Source of the DNA: Asterias rubens
Lineage: Eukaryota
DNA length: 64,000 bases
Direction: 5' to 3'
NCBI RefSeq assembly: GCF_902459465.1
Contig: NC_047068.1
Coordinates: forward strand, 16,988,001-17,052,000
Shown here: piece by piece, positions 33,101-45,100 of the stretch
Position numbering within the stretch: the stretch's first letter is position 1
How the letters are laid out: the number at the start of each line of letters is the position of its first letter
Program-made: the position numbers and the translations under genes
The notes under the pieces: model-generated
Told to the model about the DNA's origin: nothing
Seen by the model: the letters and a program-made list of their open reading frames with translations, nothing else
Database searches by the model: none

Positions 33101-36100
33101 TGCAGTGCCCTGTACCTGTAGGAAATTCTTACCCATGAAAGAAAAGTTGTTTTTTGTTAGAACATGTTGCATGAGGGATACAATGTTTGAAATGGGCGGT
33201 GATGTGTGACCACTCTTAGCCAGAGCTGAAGAGCAGGCAGCAATCCCTTCATCTTGGGGAATGTTGGTGTATAGAGAGGTTACATCAAAAGTACCGATGA
33301 TGGCTGTGTTAGGGACCTGCTTCTGAATACCTGCGATTTTGCGGAGAAAATCTGGAGTGTCATGAATGTATGATGGAATCTGCGGCATTAACGGCTTGAG
33401 AAAACTGTCAACAAAAAGAGAAATGTTCTCAGTGGGGGAACCATTGCCAGATATGATGGGTCTTCCTGGGTTGTCTGGTTTATGTATCTTTGGAAGGAGG
33501 TAAAACCTGGCTGTTCTACAGTCGACCGGGGAGAGAAACTTGTGAGCTTTCTTGGAGAGGTTGTCACGGTCATGCATTTCGTCCAGTGTTAGTTGAATCT
33601 CCTTTGAGAAGGTGCCTGTTGGATCAGTGTCAAGTGGTTTATAATTAGTTTGGTTGTTCAGTTGTTTCATGGCTTCATCGATGTATTGCTGGCGGCCCAT
33701 GACAACAACAGCAGAGCCCTTGTCGGCTGGCTTGATGATGATGTCTTTCCGTGCTCGTAGAGTCTTAAGAGCCTCACGCTCTTCTCTAGGGAGGTTGTCA
33801 TGAGTCCTGTGGGTAGAATGATCATTCGAGTTAATTTGTGAACTAACAACCTGCATGTAAGTTTCAAGGGAAGGAACACGGTTCTTAGGTGGTACCCATT
33901 TACTCTTACAGTAAAATGGCTCAGGATCCATGGGTGGTGAGTCGAGGAAGAATTCACGGAGTCGAATTCTACGGTAGTAGTCAGTTAGGTCCTGACTAAG
34001 CTCAGCCTGATTAACTGTGGGGGGGGGGGGGGGGGTGGGGCAGAAGTTAAGTCCCTTGGAGAGAAGGTCATTTTCTGCATCTGAAAGGGTACATGATGAA
34101 AGGTTAATTACTGTGGATTGAGGGGCCGACAATTCAGCTTCAGTGGGTACATTGCGTTTGAATCGTCTCCGTCTGTGATGCTGCTGTTTGGAGACAAGAC
34201 GACCAATCTTGCCATTTCTCCTAGAAATCAGAACAGATTCAAGTTTAGTTAAACCAGCATCGATCTCACTGGTGAATTGCTCAAAACGGGCACTTGAGCA
34301 GATGGACCTTACCTAAGTTCCACTTCAAGATAGGATATATCTCGGTTGAAGCTGTTGAGACAAACATCACAGTGTTCTGTTAGAATACGAATGAGACTAA
34401 GTGAAGTACTATGGAGTGTGTTGTTCCACTGTCTGCGGAGTGGGGTACACAAAGACCCAAGGGCTGGGTCAAATTTCACCTGTAAACCTGTGGGAATGAA
34501 ACGGGTTAGTGTGTAGAACCTGTAGTTGTCTCGATGATACGAATAACGTAGTGCTTTCTCTTTTAGTTTCCTAAGTTCCTGAAACAAGCGAACGCAACTT
34601 TGGTTAGACATGGTGAAAAAGAAAACAAACAGGAACAAATCTGTAGAGAAAAGCAATAAAAAAATGTTAATAAACTGAGGCTGGCGGTAACACCAAGGGA
34701 TGATAATCTAAAGAGGAGTAGGGGTGGTTCTGAGAAGAACCCTTGGTTTCAATTGGAGAAAATGTTAAGTTGACAAAGACATGAATAAACTGGGGGAGGA
34801 AAACAACATTAATATACAAAAGGGAAGTGCACTAAAAAGGAAACAGATTTTAGTGAAAATGCAGGGTTTATAGAGTTAACCTGGAGGGGGAGGAAAACTG
34901 TGGTTAATTATACACGGGGAAAGAACTCATGAAGGGAAAAAAAGGACATGATGAAACAAGTAGGGAAACAAACGGGAAAACAAAAGTCCTGAAACAAAAG
35001 TTCAAGCAACCTGCCACAAAGAAAAACAAGCAAACAAATGAAGAAACCTGTGGAGAAATATAGTAAATTTAGTAATTGAACATAGTCAAAAAGGAAATGG
35101 AAATTTGAAAGTGGTAAAAATGGGGCAAATCTGGTAACTAGCTGTCGAAATTGAACGTGTTTGACCTAATTGTCATTTGCTGATCGAAAGAATCTCGTAA
35201 CCCTTCGTCCTGGCGGCCGTCGGGATGAGGGTTACAGTATCGCAACTACAATAATGGTCCCCAACTTTTTAAGTTGTCGCAAACACTAAGTAAGCAGCCA
35301 TAGTGCTAGAGGAAGTCACTGGGCATGCTGGATTCAGACACAGCCTATTATTAGAACAATTTATTTTCATATTGGCCTCACTATTTAACACAGCTATGGT
35401 ATTGTTAATTATTGTTCAGCTTGGACAGGCAGAACAAGCCAAGGCTGAACAATTGAGCCCCAACAAGCTCAAGGCCATAAAAGAAAGTTCTGGTATAAGT
35501 AGAAAACACATTTCTTTATTGTTTATTCACAACCAGAAGTGGAATGGATGGCTTTTGTAGTATGTAGTTAACTTGAGTTTGCTCTTCTCCTTACTTCAAA
35601 GAAGAACCAGTGTGTTCTCGACATTTCCATCAGTACACTCTGATTGCCGTCAGGAGGTTTTGTTCTGTTGCTTTTATCTCATGAAGACGATCAGAGTATC
35701 AACATGTCAAGACCACACCAGTTCTTCCCAGAGACAACACTTGCTTCTCCCAAAAGTTTCATACATGGTTGACCTGCATGATTACCACATGTATGATCCA
35801 CACCCATGCCAGCTTCAAACATCACTGAGTCAAAACGAACTACTAGACCTGGGCAATTTGTGAAATTTAGTACTCGACTAGTCGCGCCTCAAATAGTCCA
35901 ACTACGTACAACACTAGTCGCGACAAATTTTTCATTCATATGATAAGATGCATTGTGACAATGTTTGCCGCAAGCACAATACAGTAAATTTCAAGCTGAA
36001 AGGATTGAAGGATTGTGTCACTGATGTCTGATTGTGTTTTGTAAGTAAATTATGTTGTTGTGCACAATTGGTTCACCAAACAGGTAGTCACGGCGGCACG

Positions 36101-39100
36101 ATTAACCTAGTAGTTGAAAACAAAAACGTAGTCGCGACTTGCCTAATGAATTAATAGTCGCGAATATGACACTAGTCGCACTAGTCACCCAGGCCTAGTC
36201 ACAAACATACATTGTATAAATTTGCAGCCTGTTTTTTTGTTTGTCCTCACTCTTGCTTTTAAATAAGTATAAATATTGACTGGGTTTTTATTTTTCTCTC
36301 TTTGTCTTTTAGCCAGTTGAGGCAGGTGATGATGCATTCTGGGACCAGTTTTGGGCTGACACAGTGACCAGCGTGAGCGATGTGTTTGCTTTGATACCTG
36401 CAGCTGAAATCAGAGCACTGAGGGAAGAATCACCCTCAAACTTAGCTACATTATGCTACAAGGTAACAATCCAGAGTCAGTTTCAATATCTCTTGCGTTC
36501 ATCTAGAAAGACTTCATTTGAGGAAAAATAATGAACCATTGATCATCTCGCCTGCATCCTGTTTGTGCTTCGGCTTGTTGCTCAAAACGTTAACTCTCCC
36601 AGATTTGTTGTAACAAGACTAGAACGGTTAAATGGCATGCTGTTTTTCTTTGAAAATTAATTAATGTCTCCATTAAGACATACAATGTACTGTATACCTG
36701 GTAGGCCTAGTAGAAAAGATTTTTTCTCATTTGTGTTCATGGGTATGCACACTCATTACTCAGTAGATGTGAAAGTTGTTTATCAGACACAAATTCACCA
36801 AATTATCATAACTTGGCATAACTTCTCATTGAATCCTGTTGATTAATTTTTTTGCAGGCAGTGGAAAAACTTGTGTCTGCATCAGAAAGTGGATGCTCTG
36901 CAGCCAAAGATCAACAGATGGTCCTGAACTCAGTGCGTCTCCTCACACGCATTCTGCCATACATTTTTGAGGATCCAGATTGGCGTGGGTTCTTCTGGTC
37001 CACGCTACCGGGACAGTCTGTAAGTTCTGCTCTAAGTATAAAACTGTATAGAACTTTCTAAAGGATAAGGGTCTTTTTTAGAGCATAATTGTTTAAGGAG
37101 CTCATGGCAAAGCCAATACAAAAGACTGTAAAAGTCTCGCGCCTACTCTTTTATTTTTTGGGGTGGGACCACGAGATCCCTCACACATTGCTTTAACATA
37201 AATTGCAAACCAGAAAGACTCTGCTAGGGTTGAAATGTCAGGTCATTAACTATTTTTTGCATATTAAAAATGAATATGAATTTGTTATACAGGGTTACAC
37301 ACTGATTAGCAATGCAAAAATAAATTGTACACGTCTCAACTCATTTAGCATGAAATTCTAAGAAAGGTCTTATTTCTTCAAATTTTGCCCTGATAAATTT
37401 CTTGCATTGTGCATAACTCAGTAATCTCCAGATTTTGTCTCTTTGTGTATGTTTTTCTGTGGTGGAGGGTTGAGGTAGCACTTCGCATGGTTTCATGTTA
37501 ATTTGGTTTACAACATTTTATCTGATCCCAATTTCACGGCTCTGCTTACTGCTTAACTCCACGCTTGCAATCACCATTTTTTGCTTACAGTTAAGTGACA
37601 ATGTTTTCTGCGGAAGCTTTGTAAGCAAAGAATACCTAGTTTAGCCCGGGTCATACTTCCTAGGAATGCCAATTTTCTTAGCAGGTATTGCATTTGACGT
37701 CACACTTTTGAAATTAGCAATTCACAACCTTTGTGCTCAACTCTTGCAAAACATTTGCCGTGAAAACTTGAGTTGTGATGTCAAATTTGCTGTGCATTTT
37801 TGCCATTTCCAGCATTCCCAGGAAGTATGAACTGGGCTTAATTTGAAGCATGCATATACACGAGCACAAAATCCCTGCTGTTCTCTAAATACGCTTGATG
37901 TAAGCGCAGAATTCCCCTGCTCCCGTAAGCGCTGATTGTTTGCTGACGGTAAGCACAGCCATGAAATTGGGTTTGGTAAGTTCGCATTTTCTGATGCATG
38001 CCTTGATTTTTCCAGGTTTTCAGCTACTATCTTTTCCTATTTTTTCCCGATTCTTTCCTGTTATTCTATCATCACTGCAGTATGGTATCGAGGGAATGGA
38101 TGACATTGTGAGTTTTCCAATCTATATTTGATTTTGTTTTGATTGAGGATTTAAAAGGAAGATTAATGATCGGTACACATCAATAGCATTTCTCCTTATA
38201 TTTCAAAACAAGTCTTAACACTGACTGACAAAAAAGCTACAAGAAGCCACCAGCTTGTGGTGACACTGGTTCAATAAATAAGTGTGATGCTGAAAAACAA
38301 CAATTAAATACAGGCAAATCCTAGTCAGAGCCAAATCTCTATGCTCACACGGATTTGAAGTAAATTGTTTGAACTTTCAACCGGTGCTACCAAATGTTAG
38401 CTTCCTTTTCAAACCTTAAGGTTTTCCCATTGATGGTTTAGTAGGCCTACTGTACACATGCACACAGCTTTCAGAACCGATTTATTGCACTGCATTGTAT
38501 CGCTCATGGTCTAATCTACTTTAAAGAACATCGATCAGAAAGTCTATCTAATGATAAGTTTTGAAAAACTGTATGGTCTATAAAAAGCGTTTAAACTGTT
38601 TGTTACATCTGGTTAAAAAGATGTTTTAAAAGTAGAATGTAATGGTTTTATGGTTTTCCCATGAACTAACATGGCTTGCCATTTTGTGGAGTCAAGTTTT
38701 TGACTCTATAAAATGGCTGACTGCTTTGGTGGGCAAAGTAACAGAAAAACCATGCGATTTCTACTTCAAGGCATATGTGTGTGGATCATTATAATTATTC
38801 TACTTTAAAAAAAACTTTCTTTTTAACTATATCGATTTCATAGCAAACGGTTTCATAGCACTTTTCATGGACCAACTGGACTGATCCAAAGCAACATGTC
38901 CCTTTAATGTTTGCTGGGAAAAACCCTAGCTGTAGCTGCCAAGTGGACACATCCTTATATTGATTTCAGCGTCTGATTGAAAGTACCGACATTATTTGCA
39001 ATAAAATATCTTAAAAACTAATGGTTTCACATGGAATGTTAATGATACACATATTGCACCAATGACATTTCAAATTAAATCAAACGTGCATAGCACACAA

Positions 39101-42100
39101 TTTTGTTAAATTCGCTAGTTTTTTTAAAACCAGCCCTTGCCAATAATATATCCAGTGCATTCATTGTGCATTTGTGTTGTTCTCATTTTGTGTTTCTAAC
39201 TCATTTAAATATTTGTGCTTAATGCGGCCTTCCAGGGTTCAACCACTCTAAACTCACTTTGAACTGTTTACCACCAAATCCCTGTGGCTATTTATGAATA
39301 ATTTGTACACATCATGTGTGATTCTAGATTTGTTCTGTTAAAGGCAAGGGTATACTTTGGGTAATTGTCAAAGACCAGTGTCCTCACTTTGTGTTTCCCA
39401 ACACATAACAAACTTTGGGTTCAATTGGTCAACACAAGTACAAGAACATAATGAAAGAACAGCCTTATTGCATAGATTTGTGTACTTTTCAGATGCTTTG
39501 AGGCTTGAGGCTTGAAGCTTTTTGTTGGATGAAAAATTACCTCTAAAAGAGGACGTATACCCTTCCTTTACATTTTCTGAAAGATTTCCTTCCCACACTG
39601 TGGCTCACTTACTTTATTTCCTCATTGCAATTTTATCATACTCAATATACAACTTACTCATGGTTAACTGGTTCCATATGTTAACACATTCACATAACAC
39701 ATGTAGGCTTTAAGTTCAACTACAGTCAATGTCTGAGGGGCATTCATTTTTATTCAATTACTTGGTTCTGAACAGCACCACACATTGAGCACAGTTATCT
39801 ACAGTATTACCACAGGGACATTGATATTTCAAGTGCTTGCAAAACCTTAACACAGCGTTGTTAAAGATCAACTTGAACAAAATCACCCGAACTACTACAT
39901 GAAAAACTAATAAATCCTTGTTGGTTTTGTGTTTAGTTATTATTTGGTCATGAGTGTAAAGTTTTCCTCCCTGTTATATTATTGAAAATCGATTGGAAAA
40001 AATAGCCCTAATATTTCAATTTCTTTTACTAAAACTAGAGTGTTTTTCCTGCTGTTGGCTGCATGGTTCCCTTAAAAATACATAGAAATTCTGCACCTTG
40101 AACACTCAGCAGGGTGGATACATGTGTGCGCATTGCAATTCTTTATTATTATAATATTAATGTGAAGTGAAAACCAGCATAAAACTAGTCTGTGTTGTGA
40201 CATAACAACACAGAATGGATGAAGTATGTAAATCTTTGTTGCTACGCATATTCCATTGTCTTGTTGTTTGGCATCAAGTCCGTGACACCACACTGCATTC
40301 AGGGGCATTTTAATCTGAAAGCTTAAAACTAATTACGAAGGTCATACTCGGACATTTTTTTCTGTGATATAGTTCCCTCTGAAATGAAGTCATATTTATG
40401 AAAATTGTGTCGGAAAACCTATAAAAAAACACAATCCACTGATTTGGGTTGTTACAACCAAAATGAATGAAAATGAGTTTACTTGCTAGACAATTTTGCA
40501 TGGTTTTTCAATATTTACTCCTGACTCTCACAAAGGATTACATCAAACAGGTTTGTCATTGCACACACTGTTTGATTACAGGAGACATAATCATTTGATT
40601 ACACAAGACATGATCACTGTTTGCGACTATTGTCAGCTTCACCAATCCTGTACATGTATGTTAGCCATAGAAAGTTTCAGACCTTTCTTGTGTAAGAAGA
40701 AAATCCCCCAGGCTTGTGGATTAAGGAAGACAGATTTACCCAGGGTGTGCCTGCAAATTTGCTTAGGTAACAATCCTTGCCCTCAGTTTACACAAAAAGA
40801 AACACTCGGTGTTGGCTTGTGAGAAAATAGGAAAGTGCTGGTCTTGAATTCAATCATCTGAGAGCACACAGCTTGTGCATCAAGGGTGTTTTTTCTTCCA
40901 TTATTCTCTCGCACTTAGACTATAGGTAATTTTCACTCCATGTTTATTTTTTTTGCTACACAAAACAAAGCAATGTACACAAATGTATCACCACCATATT
41001 TCACTATAACTATAACTTTGTCACTCTCATACCACTAATATTACATTATATCATTCAAAACATCAATGCATGAAATCCCCAGCTTTGTCATTCATTTTGT
41101 TTCTTTTATTTCTAAAACAAGCGTCCCGAGGAGCTACCCTGTCTTCATGGTTACCAGGTTGCATGCTTGATTATGTTGACTGCCATTTGTGTGTGTTGTT
41201 TATTCTAACCATAGACAATAGAGAAAGGACATTTTTCTATGTTCTAATAACTGAGTGCTTGTTGTAGTGTACTGTACTGTACCTTAAATGGAGAATGACG
41301 ATTAAATAGAAAAGGGGGAAACAAAAGGTCTTTATAGGGGAGTTCTCAAGGATTTTGTGTTCAAAATATATGGGAGGATGTAAAGTAATTTTTGTAAGTA
41401 CAAGGACAAAGGAAAGAACAAAAGACGGCGCACAGGGGTGTGAACAAATATAATGTTTGTTGAAGTGAACTTGTTTTTTGGGGGTTTATTGCTTTTTGAT
41501 AGATTTTAGATTTTGTATTGGATCCCATTTAAGTTGGGGTTAAAAAAAAATGGGCTTCAAGGAATGGGTTTTTAGAAAAAAGCCTGGGGTTTTACATGTA
41601 CATGAAGGGATTTTCAAAATGATGGGGATTGATTTGCAGTGAGGGTTGTGGTAGCTTCCCATGTAATAATGATAATGATAATAAAGACTTGTTACATGTA
41701 TGTGCACATCCAGCCTGCTGTGAAACCAAAGACAAATCAAAAGAAAGCAGACCAACAAAATTTGTTATTGAAAACCTGTTATAAATAACTTTTAACATTC
41801 TTGCTTGATTGCTGTTAGTTTTTTTAATTTTTACTTTTTACCTGCTTGTTTTACACCCCCTCCCCCCCCAATCGATGATGCGTACACAGAAATGTATGTT
41901 GATTTGAAGACACTAGAATCAGAATGTGTAAATACGTGTAAACATGGTAGCCTACATGTAGGTAAGTTAGCATTAGCGTTAACCTCACACGCCATGCGTA
42001 TGTTTAAACGCTCCTCAGGACCAATCAGAATGGATAAACTGTCATGGGTATGAATGTGCATTATTTTTTTTACTGTTGTGATAGATAGAACTCCAGAGTT

Positions 42101-45100
42101 GTTCCAGGTCTGTGTTTGTTAAGTACCCATGGATGCACACTCTGCAACTAACATCACTAAAACTTTCAATCTGGCCATTTATGCTGGGGAATTCATCATT
42201 ATTACATAGAATCGACTCAAAATATTAACACGTCTACTTAATTTGAGGTAATGTTACAAGATCTGCATATTTACCTATAATCTATACGGCAGGTACAATA
42301 TAAGTGATGGGATTGTACCTTTGATGGTATGCGCACAAGGAATTTGGCACACAGCAGAGTACATGTCATGAGAAAGATACTTTGCTATCTGGCCATCGCA
42401 GATTTGTCCAATGAAAAGATAGAATAATAAACAACTGCAGCCTTCTTGAAAGTTTTGAAAGTTACATGTTAATCTACCTACATGTACCTACTTTTTTTCA
42501 AAAGACAAATTTGCAAATCCAACCACTCTGCCAACATTTTGGGAGTGTATTTCTTTCTTTGCATTTTTACTCCCGAAATGGTGGTCAGTAATAGGCTTGT
42601 GTAGGTGCCCTTCATGTTTTTTGCAAGGTGTCAACAACCAAATATATCTTCCATTACAAACTCATCGTGCCAAATTCATCGCTTGAAGTTGTGCATCATC
42701 AAAGGCGCAACCCAAATATTTCTTGTCCCTGCCCAAATATAAACTCCATTTACATTCTTAGCAAAAAAAACAATTAGGCATTTTTCAACTGGTCTTCGGT
42801 CATAAACAAGTCTTGGTGCCCCTTATCTTGAGATCTCTTGAAACTGATGTGGCCATCAAGAGTGAGGCCTTATTAAATTAAAGTTTCAAATTTGAAAATA
42901 TTTATTGTCATGATAAAATGCATGAAATTTGTTTTCTCTGTGTATAAGAACAGTTACAAGTTTGTAAGAAATAACATTAATAGACAAACAAGAAGATTTG
43001 TAAGATTTAAATTTTATTATCGCCGGCCATGTTATAATAACTTGAATTGTGATTATCTTCCTGCAGAGTGATGAAGAATCTTTACCCTTGGCTCAGTCAC
43101 TCCTCAATGCTGTTGCAGATCTCTTATTCTGTCCAGACTTCACTGTGGCTCCAAATACCAAGAAACCAGGCCCAGTAAGATCCTGCTATTTTGTTTTGAC
43201 ACATAGTACCTTTATTTTAGAAATAGAACCCAGCGAATGCCAAAGATAGTACCCGACTGATTTGTGAGCCCATTTTATGGGGGTGCATTTTGCATCATGG
43301 TCATTTTATTATGGTATAGAAATAGATTAGGTATAGGTATAGATTACACCTTGTTTTCAAGCTTGTATGACAAAGTGATATAAATTGTCAAAGCGTGTGA
43401 GACAAAATGCTATACTTTATTCAATCCAAAATTATTTTAAAATTGACCCAGTTAACTGCCGTTGTAGTTTATTACTTGATATTTAAAATGAAAAGTCACA
43501 TCTTCAGTGATTCCTCTGCTGCTACTTCTCAGGTTGTATCGTAAGCTTGGGTTTGATCCCTGACTACACAGCAGTACAGGTTGAATTGCCTATGACTGGC
43601 ATCCCGAACAAAATAAACTGCTTCGTCCTTCGGTTGGGACGTGTACAAGAACCCAGTGCACTTATCAAAAAGAGAAGGGGTTCGCCCGGTGTTCCAGGTC
43701 CGACCGGCAGCTAATTGCACCACAGCATCTTGTAAAAACCTTACATGGTGCTATCTAAGGATTAAGTCTCATAATTCAAAAACTTAGTCCCACAACTTGC
43801 AGGAAATACTGTATGTTACAGCAACAGGAGCACCACTGAGTGACGGACATGTGCTCCATATAAGAAGACACTATTATTATCATTATTATTACAAACAAGC
43901 TGGTGCTCTACCAACAAACATGTACATGTAGCTACATCTAGCACTATGTTAGCAGTCTCCCCAAATCGTGTAAACTCGTCTCAATTGCCTTTTACTAAAA
44001 AAAAAGTTACAGTGTTTATCTTTTCTCCACTATTCATTTAGGAAAGCCACGAGGATCCTCAGTCCATTGACAGCTGTGAATATATCTGGGAGGCTGGAGT
44101 AGGCTTCGCTAACTCCCCACCCCAGTCAGCTCTCTTAGACCAGAACAGGACTGAGTTACTCAAACTGCTGCTGACATGCTTCTCAGAAACTATGTACCTC
44201 CCTCCAGTTAGTAAGTACCTCTTAACCCAAGAATGCTACCATTATAGATTGTCATGGCCGAGTAGTTAAAGCCATTGGACACTTTCAGAACAGAAACAAA
44301 ATTAAAAGTTCACAGATTTACAAATAACCTACAGGGTTTACAGAAGGTAATGGTGAAAGACTTCTCTTGAAATATTATTCCATGAAATGCTTTACTTTTT
44401 AATATTAAAACAATATCAATTCTCGATATCGAGAAATACGGATTTATTTTAAACACATGTCATGACACGGCGAAACGTGCAGAAACAAGGGTGGGTTTTC
44501 CCATTATTTTCTCACGACTCGATGACCAATTGAGCCTAAATTTTCACAGGTTTGTTATTTTATATATAAGTTGTGATATACAAAGTGTTGTCCTTGAGCA
44601 AGATGCTTTACTAAAAATGCTTCTCTTCACCCAGGTTTGTAAATGGGTTCATGTGAGGGTAGAGGCTGTATACTCCTCAGGGAGCTGAAGAAGATAAAAG
44701 GAATGTTATTGGCTCAATGACCATGGCACTAAAGTAAAGCGCATTGAGACGGTTATTGTGAAATGCGCTATATATAAGAATTTTTTATTATTGTTAGTAT
44801 TATTATTATTAAACTGAATTCACCTAGGGTTTTCCCCATGCAGAAGCTACATGTAGCTATGCTTTCAATATTAAAAAATACCCCAAAATATCACAATTGT
44901 TTTGTTTTACTTTAGGTGATGCCCATTCACAACCCAACCAGTGGATCAGTTACTTTTGCTCATCTGAAAACAGGTAATAAGCTGCTACAGTCATCCTCCA
45001 TTTTAGTTTTGGCCACCTGCAATAAGAAATCAAGAAAGTATTTTTTTGTAGACCTATAATGATATACTTTTGCAATTGTTAAAGAGGCACTGAAGCCATG

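Larger units (their letters stand above)
31143..34700 (-). mobile_element. Penelope-like retroelement (Neptune-type), antisense in HID1 intron 1; 5' boundary uncertain
   Basis: RT motifs (IKPADKG, FYLLPKIHK, GRPIISG, FDVTSLYTNIP, QGTAMG, WWRYIDDIF) are followed by a Cys-rich linker (RCSNISKCIVC) and a GIY-YIG nuclease (LIYLISC...QYIGET...RRFYGH). A 3' hammerhead motif and a 5' UTR acceptor-like site (34641-34642) are present. Confidence 0.92.
30874..35249. mobile_element. Non-autonomous TIR element (GTTGCGATA family) hosting the Penelope insertion
   Basis: 30874-30950 is the reverse complement of 35169-35249 (gtagttgcgata..gtaaccctc..cccgac, plus gattctttcgatc.gcaaat.acaat). Short empty copies lie at about 2963-3013 and 16665-16749. 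Confidence 0.75.
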
